Sequence record: PP886230.1
Reading direction: 5' to 3' (one strand)
DNA: 64,000 nucleotides
Part shown: positions 37,759 through 47,359 of the stretch, in pieces
How the letters are laid out: every line of letters starts with the position of its first letter
Numbering within the stretch: the stretch's first letter is position 1
Notes under the pieces: model-generated
What the model was told of the DNA's origin: nothing
Database searches by the model: none
Seen by the model: the letters and a program-made list of their open reading frames with translations, nothing else
Program-made: the position numbers and the translations under genes

Positions 37759-40488
37759 ATGTCATCAAAACGAATTATAGGAAGTGCCGAGATCCTTGGG
37801 AACTTGGCAATTGGACAAAGGTACGCTATGCGTACTTTTAATGGAACCTCACCGAATGCCAATACTGGAATTGTTCAATATCCAATATATAAGCGTTCAG
37901 AAGTTCAAAGTATTTTAGATATGTTGCCTATATCACGTGTAGGAGAAATGGATTACTTACCATTAAACGTAAGTGGATCGTATGAAGGTGCTACACCTAT
38001 GTCAAGTGACCAAGTAGTTCAGCCAACAATTATTGAAGATGATGGAACCGCCGTTGTTCTGCGTAGCGGAACCAATGGTAGTACTAAAGGTTTTTATTAT
38101 TCATTTATACGAGATCTCCGAAATATAACTATGATTTCACAAGAAAGTGTTATTTCAACCAATTCAATGTATAAACCTTCAATTATGAGTAGTACTGAAA
38201 ATATTAAGTATTTTATTGGCTCTAATGGTTATGAGATGCTTGGATGTTTAAGTACTGAAGATAATTATATTTTTACTATAACCAATGGCACATTTAACGA
38301 AATATCACATATTCATGCTAAAGTGCCAAGTACTTCTTTTGGTAATGATATGCCAATATATACACATATTGTTGGGACAAAGGTTTATATTTGGTGTAAA
38401 GATAAAAGTGTTTCTAATTTAGGATTAGCACTTTCAATTTATACAGTAGAGCTAAGTGATGTGAAAGCAAGCTCAATGGCATCATTAACAAAAGTTACTG
38501 GGTTATCAGGTCAAACTGTTCGAAACACAAGTTATTCTGCATCTAATAACATAAGAGTGTTCGATAAATTATATAGTGTTGGTACTAGCTCGGATTCATT
38601 ATTCGAAGTTACATCACCAGTATCACGTGTAGAATTTTCAGACTATACAGACTTTAACATTCAAGCCAACGTTAGTCCTGATTTATCAAAAATACGTGTA
38701 ACTTTATATCCAACACATCGAATGGTTACACCTTTGTATATTTCAACAGTTTATGGTACTGGAATAAGTTTTGTTTATAATATAAACTCAAAATCTATGT
38801 CACTAGATGGTAGTGCTCGTGCACCTGCAACTGTTTCATATAATAATGGGTTTCAAGTTTCTAACCCATTTGAAATTAATATGGTCAACTTCACAGGGAC
38901 AACTGCTGCTGGTGTATTAGGAAACGCAGGTGGTTTATGTCAAACTAAAGATGGTTTGGTATTTGCATCTAAATTTAGATGGAGTTCAACTGAATTTTAT
39001 GGTCTACAACGATATAAGGTTAGTGGTACACCGTTTGATTCATGGGTTGCCAGTACTAGAACCGCAAGTAACGTTATAAATGCAAACGTTTTACCAGTTT
39101 TTGGTAGTGCTGTTGGTGCAAACCTTTTAGGTGTACGTTTCATCGATAATAGAAAAATATTATTAGCATGTTCTGGTACGTATGATGATGTAACATATAA
39201 TTATAATAATACTGTTTTTTCTGAAATAGGTTCACAACCAACATATCAATATAACTCAGTTCAAAATAATACTACATTAAATGGTTTTGCACCACAATCT
39301 AATCGTAAACAAATAGGCGATGATTTTACATACACTGCTATGATTTCTCTTGTTGATACCGATGGTAGTGTTAGATGCTATGGAACATCATTCATTGAAG
39401 GTGTATATAAAACAAGTGGTGGATTATTAAATCCAGATACTTTAGAATTTGATGAAACATATACAATAGAACCAACGGTATTAGAATCATTAAAACAAGA
39501 TATTTTTGCTAATATAGGAAACTCTGGCATTGTTGGTACACTATCTGGACAAATTGTATTATATTATGTACCTGATAATACTTTTTCTAAATCCATCGCA
39601 GTAGTTTCAGCATATAATCTTAACAATAACCAAGGTTATGCAATCTATGCCGAAGTTGATGTTGTATTATCTGGAACTAACATAACTTCAGCTACATTGG
39701 TGAGTACTAGATATGAAACACTGAGTTCTGTTACAGGAATTATTACTGAAGCATATATGAAACGTTGTACTGGTCTAACAGTTGCAAAATATTCAGGATT
39801 TGGTTACATTGGTGTTGATGCTGTTCATCAATTTTCACAACCAGGTAATGCACAATTTAAGATGATGATAGCTAAAACAGTAGATGGTGTCATAACATCA
39901 AATCGTTTTTTATCATCTAGTTACATCCAACTTGGTGCAGCATATCAACATGGTGTTATTCCTGGTGTTGGTTTTGGATATTACAATTTTCAAGATTCTG
40001 ACTATCAAACCAAATCTGTATTCAGCGTTTTTGGTACAACATCTGCTGAAATGGATGGTTTAATTAGCGGAAATGGTAGCATTAAAGAAAAGATTGTGGT
40101 AGTATCACAAGACGTTGCACAAGGATTCTCAGTGTACTTTACACGTGAAGTTCCGGTGTTTTTAGGTGGAATTTTCGACAAACTACCTATACAAAGTGTT
40201 GATTTAAGTACTGTAAAAAGTAACCCAGCTAATACTACGTTCTATTTGTATATACAAATGAACAGGAATACTAAGAAAGCGTCATATGTTATTAGTACTG
40301 AAACAATTGATGAATCTTTAACTAGCACTTACATTGGTAAGATAGTTACTGGAACTTCAGGAATAACTTCAATTGATACAGAAAAAGTAACTCGTTTTTT
40401 GACATATCGTCCAAGTACAACGAAACGTGGTTCAGCGATACCTGCCAGTACTGGTGTACCATCAGGTCCAGGTACACGTTGGAAATAA
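37759..40488 (+). CDS. Virion/tail structural protein (paralog 3, ~909 aa)
   Basis: Start ATG 37759 after AAGGA; VVSQDVAQGF.VYFT motif shared with paralog 1. Confidence 0.6.
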   Translation: MSSKRIIGSAEILGNLAIGQRYAMRTFNGTSPNANTGIVQYPIYKRSEVQSILDMLPISRVGEMDYLPLNVSGSYEGATPMSSDQVVQPTIIEDDGTAVVLRSGTNGSTKGFYYSFIRDLRNITMISQESVISTNSMYKPSIMSSTENIKYFIGSNGYEMLGCLSTEDNYIFTITNGTFNEISHIHAKVPSTSFGNDMPIYTHIVGTKVYIWCKDKSVSNLGLALSIYTVELSDVKASSMASLTKVTGLSGQTVRNTSYSASNNIRVFDKLYSVGTSSDSLFEVTSPVSRVEFSDYTDFNIQANVSPDLSKIRVTLYPTHRMVTPLYISTVYGTGISFVYNINSKSMSLDGSARAPATVSYNNGFQVSNPFEINMVNFTGTTAAGVLGNAGGLCQTKDGLVFASKFRWSSTEFYGLQRYKVSGTPFDSWVASTRTASNVINANVLPVFGSAVGANLLGVRFIDNRKILLACSGTYDDVTYNYNNTVFSEIGSQPTYQYNSVQNNTTLNGFAPQSNRKQIGDDFTYTAMISLVDTDGSVRCYGTSFIEGVYKTSGGLLNPDTLEFDETYTIEPTVLESLKQDIFANIGNSGIVGTLSGQIVLYYVPDNTFSKSIAVVSAYNLNNNQGYAIYAEVDVVLSGTNITSATLVSTRYETLSSVTGIITEAYMKRCTGLTVAKYSGFGYIGVDAVHQFSQPGNAQFKMMIAKTVDGVITSNRFLSSSYIQLGAAYQHGVIPGVGFGYYNFQDSDYQTKSVFSVFGTTSAEMDGLISGNGSIKEKIVVVSQDVAQGFSVYFTREVPVFLGGIFDKLPIQSVDLSTVKSNPANTTFYLYIQMNRNTKKASYVISTETIDESLTSTYIGKIVTGTSGITSIDTEKVTRFLTYRPSTTKRGSAIPASTGVPSGPGTRWK

Positions 40489-40492
40489 ATTT

Positions 40493-40533
40493 AAAGCTCG
40501 TCTATTGACGGGCTTTTCTTTTATGTGTATAAT
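40493..40533 (+). promoter_or_regulatory. Terminator hairpin fused with a sigma70 promoter
   Basis: AAAGCTCGTC-TATT-GACGGGCTTT plus T-run; TTGACG (40505)-17-TATAAT (40528). Confidence 0.75.
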
Positions 40534-40555
40534 TGAATAAAAATAGGAGGAAATT

Positions 40556-41122
40556 ATGGTCAAATCTTTATTACCGCCACCAAAACGTCACAAAATCAAA
40601 GAAATGAAAGAACAACGTACATTAAAGATGTACAACAATTTAGTTAAGTTACTGTGTAAAAGTCCATCGCTCAAAGCAGAGTTTAAAACTGATGATGACC
40701 GCAAAGCACTAATTGAGATGAAGTATATGCTCAGTAAAATGTCCTTTTACAAATTTGTAAAAGAATACGCATCTGACCCATTTAGTCCTCGTTGGAGAGC
40801 CAAACCAAGAGAGTATTTTTACGGTGGTTCATATACAGATCGCATTCAAGACACAGTGATGGGAGTTGAATTTGAAATCGATTATGAGCCGAATGGTGAG
40901 GAAATCTTGCAGATTGAGAAACGTTTACCAAGTGAAGAAGAAATTTATGTTTATGCAAGAAAACTTTCAACTTACAGTTCAAGAATTACTCTAGGCAATT
41001 TAGATTCATTAATTATTTTCTATACACGTGTTGGTGTAGATAAGATGGTAACTAAACTCAATGAACTTTCATTACAACAAAAACAGATTAATGCATACAA
41101 AGACATTACTGATTTATACTAA
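40556..41122 (+). CDS. Hypothetical protein (tandem family, copy 1)
   Basis: TAGGAGG SD; DDDRKALIEMKYMLSK. Confidence 0.7.
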   Translation: MVKSLLPPPKRHKIKEMKEQRTLKMYNNLVKLLCKSPSLKAEFKTDDDRKALIEMKYMLSKMSFYKFVKEYASDPFSPRWRAKPREYFYGGSYTDRIQDTVMGVEFEIDYEPNGEEILQIEKRLPSEEEIYVYARKLSTYSSRITLGNLDSLIIFYTRVGVDKMVTKLNELSLQQKQINAYKDITDLY

Positions 41123-41128
41123 TGAGGA

Positions 41129-41650
41129 ATGGATATGTTTTTTGGATCAGTTGGAAAACAAAACAGTACTTTAATTTGGCATGAAATTATCTTTAAAATT
41201 ATATCTAAAAGCTACTCACTAAAGGATATTATCACCACAGATAATGATAGACGTATCCTGTTAGATGCAAAATATAAATTGAGCAAACACCCTTTACTTT
41301 CTTTAATCATTGATTACGTTAATGATTATGAATCTAGTCGTTGGAAGTGGGAAGACGGCGGTTTATTTCGTGGAAAAACATTCTACGGTGCGGAACGATA
41401 TGTTTTCAGTGATGCATCAAATGGCGTTAAGTTTGTTATTAGAAACTTTAACTCCAAAGAAAATGATTATCTTGAAAGTGGAGTGAAAGTATATATCGAT
41501 AATAATAGCAATGTCCTAACATATGACGAATCACTAATTATGTTACAAATAATGCGTGGTGTTGAAGGTGTAAGAAACAACCTTACTAAATTGAAAATCC
41601 AGCAAAATGATATACATAATAGACAGAAAATTAAGGGTTTATATAAATGA
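41129..41650 (+). CDS. Hypothetical protein (tandem family, copy 2)
   Basis: DNDRRILLDAKYKLSK. Confidence 0.7.
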   Translation: MDMFFGSVGKQNSTLIWHEIIFKIISKSYSLKDIITTDNDRRILLDAKYKLSKHPLLSLIIDYVNDYESSRWKWEDGGLFRGKTFYGAERYVFSDASNGVKFVIRNFNSKENDYLESGVKVYIDNNSNVLTYDESLIMLQIMRGVEGVRNNLTKLKIQQNDIHNRQKIKGLYK

Positions 41651-42156
41651 TTTCATTTTTCAAAAAGAAACAAAAAGTTGATGAAACAGGATTAGAATCG
41701 TTTCTATGGACTCTTATCATCAAAAAAAGTCCATTGATAAAAGAATATGCTATCAATGATGCTAATAGAAAAACTATCATTGAATACAAATACGAATTAT
41801 CAAAATGTGATCCAATCGTTTATCACTTTGCGAAGTACTGTTCAAAAAATTTATCGGATATCACAATAGACCATGAGTCAGTTCCAATGAGCTTTCCTTA
41901 TGGTGATTGGGTAGATACTTTTGATATTTTTGATGGGTCCAATGGATTCAGTTTCTTTTACTCGTCAAATAAAGCAAATGTTCGTATTAAAACAGAGATA
42001 GGTTGGGCACAGCATAGCTCAAATAAAGAAGATTATAATTTACTAGCTGACGTATACCGAAGTGTGAAGAATTCAAAGGATATTGATGAAAGAATTAAAA
42101 AGCAAAATCGTATTTCTTTATCACTTGAAACATACAAGTCAAAGTATGGTGGTTAA
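41647..42156 (+). CDS. Hypothetical protein (tandem family, copy 3)
   Basis: DANRKTIIEYKYELSK. Confidence 0.7.
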   Translation: MISFFKKKQKVDETGLESFLWTLIIKKSPLIKEYAINDANRKTIIEYKYELSKCDPIVYHFAKYCSKNLSDITIDHESVPMSFPYGDWVDTFDIFDGSNGFSFFYSSNKANVRIKTEIGWAQHSSNKEDYNLLADVYRSVKNSKDIDERIKKQNRISLSLETYKSKYGG

Positions 42157-42158
42157 CG

Positions 42159-42560
42159 ATGACTACAGTTGATGATATCTACAGCACTATACGCAATATG
42201 AGTACAGATAGAAAAGTATTTGGTGATAAAGAAAAATCTAAGTGTTATGGTATTGATTCTTTTGATATAATTTCTTATGAGTACAACACGAGTGGAAATA
42301 GTTCACTGAATATCGTCTGCCCTCGTGACCCAGAAAATAATTTTATGTATGTTGAAATTAATAATGATGGAATATTTTTTACAAAAGTTTTTAAAGGTGG
42401 AATTAATTACGAACCAATTGAATGTATGAATGAAGAAACTTTCTTTCAAGAAGATACAATTATCAATTTAGGTTTTAGTTTTGATGATTATAAAACATTA
42501 GAACATGACTTTAATCGTTATTATAACGGTTTCTTAAAGGAGTTAACAATTTATCTATGA
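42159..42560 (+). CDS. Hypothetical protein (EHFQ-motif family)
   Basis: MNEETFFQEDTIINLG. Confidence 0.6.
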   Translation: MTTVDDIYSTIRNMSTDRKVFGDKEKSKCYGIDSFDIISYEYNTSGNSSLNIVCPRDPENNFMYVEINNDGIFFTKVFKGGINYEPIECMNEETFFQEDTIINLGFSFDDYKTLEHDFNRYYNGFLKELTIYL

Positions 42561-43789
42561 ATAACCAATATGTTGAACAAACAATAGTGAAACACTTGGC
42601 TGGGTCACAAGCCTACGGAACCAGTACACCTGAAAGTGATACTGATTATCGTGGTATTTTTCTTGCTAATAAAGAATTTATTCTTACGCCATTCTATAAG
42701 GTCAAAGAAGTAGCTGATAAAAATGAAGAAGATACTAAATTCTATGAGTTAAATCAGTATTTAAAATTATACACTGAAGCCAACCCTAATATATTGGAAT
42801 CACTATGGGTCGATCCAGAACACATTGTAGAAAGTACTGAGATTTATGACTATCTTCGTTCATTTAACCAAAAACTTCTTAGTTCCAAGATTGCATTTTC
42901 ATACACTGGATATGCATATAATCAGATTAAGCGTATGACAAATCATCACGGTTGGATGGATAAAGAGCGTATTGCTGAAAAACGATTAAATGAGATTTTA
43001 GAAGAACACCCTGTCGATGAGGTTCTTGCGTGGATGTATGATTCATTCCCACAGTATCTTGTTGAACGTTTAGATACATCCAACTTACATCCATTTAATG
43101 CTAAAAAGATTGATTTTGAAAAATATATGCGTGATACGTCATTGCAGTTAGTTTCGAAAAATCCATTAAAGCAATATCATTTTGTAAGATTAGTGCATAA
43201 CTACACTACTGAAAAAATTCTTGATCGTGATTTCAATTTATTGAATTTTAATAATGGTTATGAACTAATTCATTACGGAGAAAACATTTTTGCGATTATT
43301 AAAAATCCGAATGAAAGCACTATCAACGGTGATGGATCATTGCGTTATTTTTCTAAAGAGCGTAGTACTGAAGAGTTGAAAACCAAACCAGAACTAATTG
43401 TCAAATTTAACGAAAAAGAATATCAGGAAAATAGTGAGAATAGGAAAAGTTATCATAAATGGAAAGAAAATCGTAATGCCAAACGTGCTATTTTAGAATC
43501 ACAACACGGATACGATTGTAAACATGCTATGCACACAATCCGACTTTTGAATAGTGCAGAAGAAGCATTACAAAGTGGAATTATTCAAGTTAAACGACCA
43601 GATGCACAAATGTTGATGGATATTCGTAATGGTAAATGGAAGTATGAAGAAGTATTAGAATATTTCGATGATAAAGTACAATACATTCGTGATGTTCTAT
43701 ATAAGAAATCAGTACTTCCTAAAAAACCAAACATCAAGTTAGCATCAAAAATTATCATTGATATTAGAGAAATGCAATGGTATAAGTAA
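42557..43789 (+). CDS. Pol-beta-superfamily nucleotidyltransferase (RlaP/YcgL-like)
   Basis: GSQAYGTSTPESDTDYRG (GS...DxD); ANPNILESLW; GYDCKHAMHTIRLL. Confidence 0.8.
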   Translation: MNNQYVEQTIVKHLAGSQAYGTSTPESDTDYRGIFLANKEFILTPFYKVKEVADKNEEDTKFYELNQYLKLYTEANPNILESLWVDPEHIVESTEIYDYLRSFNQKLLSSKIAFSYTGYAYNQIKRMTNHHGWMDKERIAEKRLNEILEEHPVDEVLAWMYDSFPQYLVERLDTSNLHPFNAKKIDFEKYMRDTSLQLVSKNPLKQYHFVRLVHNYTTEKILDRDFNLLNFNNGYELIHYGENIFAIIKNPNESTINGDGSLRYFSKERSTEELKTKPELIVKFNEKEYQENSENRKSYHKWKENRNAKRAILESQHGYDCKHAMHTIRLLNSAEEALQSGIIQVKRPDAQMLMDIRNGKWKYEEVLEYFDDKVQYIRDVLYKKSVLPKKPNIKLASKIIIDIREMQWYK

Positions 43790-43830
43790 CATATACAAGT
43801 GTAATGGTACTAAAAATGCCATTACACTCA

Positions 43831-43850
43831 ATAAATACTCAATATAAATT
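43831..43850 (+). promoter_or_regulatory. Late-promoter-like elements
   Basis: ATAAATA (43831) and TATAAATT (43843) before ATG 43867. Confidence 0.45.
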
Positions 43851-43866
43851 AACACAAGGATTAAGT

Positions 43867-44494
43867 ATGGCACAACAAATTTTCACAGATATCCACACTA
43901 CCGGAGTTATTAAATTTCAAAATAATTTTTCAGGTGCAACTGGTGTAGACATTAAAAATGATGGTTTTAACATTGTCAGTACTCGGATCTATTGATGGTG
44001 AAGATAGTTCTCTTAGTGATTCTGTGATTGCATCATTCGGAACTAATAAAAACAGTTCTTTTATTATATCTGGATGGACTGGAATGACTGATTCTGAAAA
44101 TAATGTTAAGATAAAAGCTAAAGCTACTAACGAGAATCATGAAACAGAATGGGTAACATTATATGATAGTGCAAGTAATAAGTTATATAATGTATTAAGT
44201 TCTAATAATATTTTAATTAATCCACTGTCGGGCAATGCTGTTTTTAATATTAATTTATCTGATAGAAATACTACTATTTCGATTGGTGCGGCTCCTACTG
44301 AAGTTTATTCAATTACCATCATATTAACACAACAAACAGGTTCAAACCTAGTTAATTGGGGTTCTAATGTTAAATGGTCATATAACAGACCAGTTGTTCT
44401 TTCTTATGAAATTGGTGAAAAAGATATTATTTCATTAGAAACATATGATAAAGGAGTTACATGGTACGGTGCATTAATTAGAGCAGGAGTATGA
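43867..44494 (+). pseudogene. Tail-associated protein split by an apparent +1 frameshift near 43960-43995
   Basis: ATG 43867 has an AAGGA SD but stops at 43995; the +1 frame continues to ...VNWGSNVKW...DIISLETYDKGVTWYG, a tail-fibre-type C-terminal motif. Confidence 0.5.
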
Positions 44495-44495
44495 T

Positions 44496-47285
44496 ATGTT
44501 AAACAATAATATTGATAATATTGTACAACTTCTTTATGGGCATCACAAATTTATTGAAAGAAATACTGGTGATACAATAGACCCAACAGTACAACATTAT
44601 GTGGTGAATAATCAGGGTGTTTTGGCGAACAACCGTCATTTTATTAACTATTCTGCAATGGAAGGTCAACCAAACGGTGACGGGACAACAGAAGGTCAAA
44701 GTCTATTAATTTTAGGATACATTTATGCGTATCTGGCAACAAATGATCCAATGTTTTTAGATAAAGCCAAATGGTACTGGGATGCATATCATCAGTACTT
44801 TTATGCTGGACGTGAATTACCAGATCCACCTACACCACTACAATGTAACTGGATAGTTAATGCCAAAGAACCTATATTGGCTAACTGGCCTTTAGCTGAT
44901 GATGGATGGCCTACACATGGTGGTTTCAAGGGTGTAGAATTTACATTTACAAATGGACAATGTAAAATACCACATGGTGCACCTTATTATGGTCAGTTCT
45001 TGGATAAAGTAACATTTGCATTCAAAGGTGCTTTAGCATGGAACCAAATAAATGCGTCAGTAAAAGCATTATTACCAGATGGTAGTGTTGATTGGGATAC
45101 ACCAGGTGAACAATATGATGTTGACTGGATTATCGATTTCATGGGTAGAAAAATCGACTGGGATGGTAATATTTTAGCAGAAGGTTTTGACGAATCTGAA
45201 AAAGGAACTGTTCAATTAAAGAATACAACAATTAATGGTGTATATAAATTAAATTTTGCAAATCGTCAACCAGTAGAATATGGTGGTGTGATAATTCAAC
45301 GAAATGAAATGCAACACAACCGCCCACTTCATGTTCCAATTGATTTGGAATTTGCGGATAACGCATCAGATGCAGAATTGTGGTTTAGTGATGCTTCTTA
45401 TTTGTTATATAAAATAACAAAAGAAAGAAAACATTATTTGGGTTGGAAATGTTCACTACTAACGTGTTATGCTTATGGTGATATTGACTCCAGAGATAAA
45501 TTTTTCAGACAAAGTACAATTGTAACCACACCATTCACTGATGGTATTTCCTATGAATATTTTTATCCAAGTGATGCTATTGCTAAGTTTGGTAGAAATT
45601 CTCTAGGATATATTACTATCAGGCAAGACCAAAGTGCACAAAGTACAATGGAACAACAAGCTATTTGGTTCAGGGTCAATGCTGATTCTAAATTACTTGT
45701 AGACTATGGTGGTGTATGTGATGATGGTAAGCCGTTATCATTTAAACCAGTACTTGAATTGTCAAAAACAAAAAATGACCATGATGTTGTTCGTTATCGT
45801 TGTGGCTTACCGGAAAGTAAAGACCAAAATATCACACATTCATTAACACCTTTAAGTGCATTTGTTAGAGAAAAGAAAGCAGATGGTTCCCCTTATATAA
45901 TTGCTGATAGTAGAATTGTTGTTCCTTATGGTGCAGCTACGTCCGAAATGATATATAGTACTGATATATTAGTTACACGCCGCGATACCATTAATCAGTT
46001 AGTTTGTGGTGAAGATGATGGTGCTGTTATTGGATTTTGGCTATTAGCAACAAATAAGTCTGAAGTTAAATCTTTTACCTATCGTTCATATGAAGATGAT
46101 TACAATATAAGAATTGTAGATGATAATGGTTGGAGATGGTGGTGGATGATTCCTGCAACACACGGGGAATGGACTACAATCACACTAAGTCCCGATACAT
46201 TACGTTTATCTGGGTATCAGCCAAATCATCCAAGTTCTGACCCAAGACCAGATGCACCAGTTTATAGTGAACTAGAAGATATTACTATTTTACCTGATAC
46301 AACCCCAGTAGATGGTGTTGCTGCAATAATTGATTGGTATTGTATTAATGACATTCCAGAATTATACACGGATGCTGACGGTGATGACTATACTATGACA
46401 TTTTCAATAACAATTGCAGGTGAATCACCATATACTGCACAGTTAGGGGATTGTGTAATCAAAGATTATTTGTTAAACTCATTGCATTACACACCAGGAA
46501 CAATACCATTTTCTAACATCACTGACCCGTATGCGAACCAGTATTCAGGATGGCGTGGTTTACCGTATCCAGGTTATCAATATCCTGTGATATATTGTTT
46601 TAAAGACCAGCCAGTAGATAACACACGCTTAGGAAACATGTTAAGCTTTATGAAAGATTCCCAAACATGGTTTACTCAACAATTCGGTACTGTTGGTCCG
46701 TGTGCACAAGCATATGTTTGGAACCGCTGGGATAACTTAAAATATGGTGAACCAGATACATTTACTATGCTACATTGGGGTGATCAAGCATGGAGTGGGT
46801 ATGAACCACGTGCGTTCTTTGGGGCTGCCAGAGCATGGCAAGAACTCGCAGAGAGAGGAATTGAACCACCAGCAGATCTTGTTGAATTTTGTGAGAATTG
46901 GATTCACTTTTTAATTCAATTTCAAAAAGATAATGATGGTCGTTCACCAACAATCTTCAATAAAGATGGCACAGTTGAAGGTCCAGATTGGGACTTTACA
47001 GGTCATATGTGTGGGTTGTGGTTAGCTGGGGCTTGTGCTGCTGGATTGGCTGGATGTAAAATAGAAGGTCTAACAACACTCGCTGATAACTTAGTTCTCG
47101 AACTTCAAAAGAATTATGTTATTGTAAATCCAGGTTCACCAATGAATGGTTCATGGAGTCCAGCAGTTAGAGAAGGTACTGATAATGGTATGTTTTTTGG
47201 TTTCTGGGCAGGTGAGATTATGCGTGGATTGGGATTATACTCAATGTACCGCTTAAACACACCAAATCGTTTCCGTGATTTATAA
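44496..47285 (+). CDS. Large virion-associated protein with a GH8-like (alpha/alpha)6 glycosidase domain
   Basis: DGTTEGQSLL (cf. BcsZ TTSEGQSY) and DNASDAELW (cf. NSASDGDVW); Trp-rich beta inserts; GGAG SD. Confidence 0.6.
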   Translation: MLNNNIDNIVQLLYGHHKFIERNTGDTIDPTVQHYVVNNQGVLANNRHFINYSAMEGQPNGDGTTEGQSLLILGYIYAYLATNDPMFLDKAKWYWDAYHQYFYAGRELPDPPTPLQCNWIVNAKEPILANWPLADDGWPTHGGFKGVEFTFTNGQCKIPHGAPYYGQFLDKVTFAFKGALAWNQINASVKALLPDGSVDWDTPGEQYDVDWIIDFMGRKIDWDGNILAEGFDESEKGTVQLKNTTINGVYKLNFANRQPVEYGGVIIQRNEMQHNRPLHVPIDLEFADNASDAELWFSDASYLLYKITKERKHYLGWKCSLLTCYAYGDIDSRDKFFRQSTIVTTPFTDGISYEYFYPSDAIAKFGRNSLGYITIRQDQSAQSTMEQQAIWFRVNADSKLLVDYGGVCDDGKPLSFKPVLELSKTKNDHDVVRYRCGLPESKDQNITHSLTPLSAFVREKKADGSPYIIADSRIVVPYGAATSEMIYSTDILVTRRDTINQLVCGEDDGAVIGFWLLATNKSEVKSFTYRSYEDDYNIRIVDDNGWRWWWMIPATHGEWTTITLSPDTLRLSGYQPNHPSSDPRPDAPVYSELEDITILPDTTPVDGVAAIIDWYCINDIPELYTDADGDDYTMTFSITIAGESPYTAQLGDCVIKDYLLNSLHYTPGTIPFSNITDPYANQYSGWRGLPYPGYQYPVIYCFKDQPVDNTRLGNMLSFMKDSQTWFTQQFGTVGPCAQAYVWNRWDNLKYGEPDTFTMLHWGDQAWSGYEPRAFFGAARAWQELAERGIEPPADLVEFCENWIHFLIQFQKDNDGRSPTIFNKDGTVEGPDWDFTGHMCGLWLAGACAAGLAGCKIEGLTTLADNLVLELQKNYVIVNPGSPMNGSWSPAVREGTDNGMFFGFWAGEIMRGLGLYSMYRLNTPNRFRDL

Positions 47286-47286
47286 C

Positions 47287-47315
47287 TTGACATAGAAAAA
47301 GTAATTATGTATAAT
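47287..47315 (+). promoter_or_regulatory. Consensus sigma70 promoter
   Basis: TTGACA-17-TATAAT exact. Confidence 0.85.
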
Positions 47316-47316
47316 C

Positions 47317-47346
47317 AGAGAACTTCATATGGAGTTCTCTTTTTTT
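47317..47346 (+). terminator. Rho-independent terminator overlapping that promoter's start site
   Basis: AGAGAACTTC-ATAT-GGAGTTCTCT-T6. Confidence 0.8.
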
Positions 47347-47359
47347 ATAAGGTGATAAA

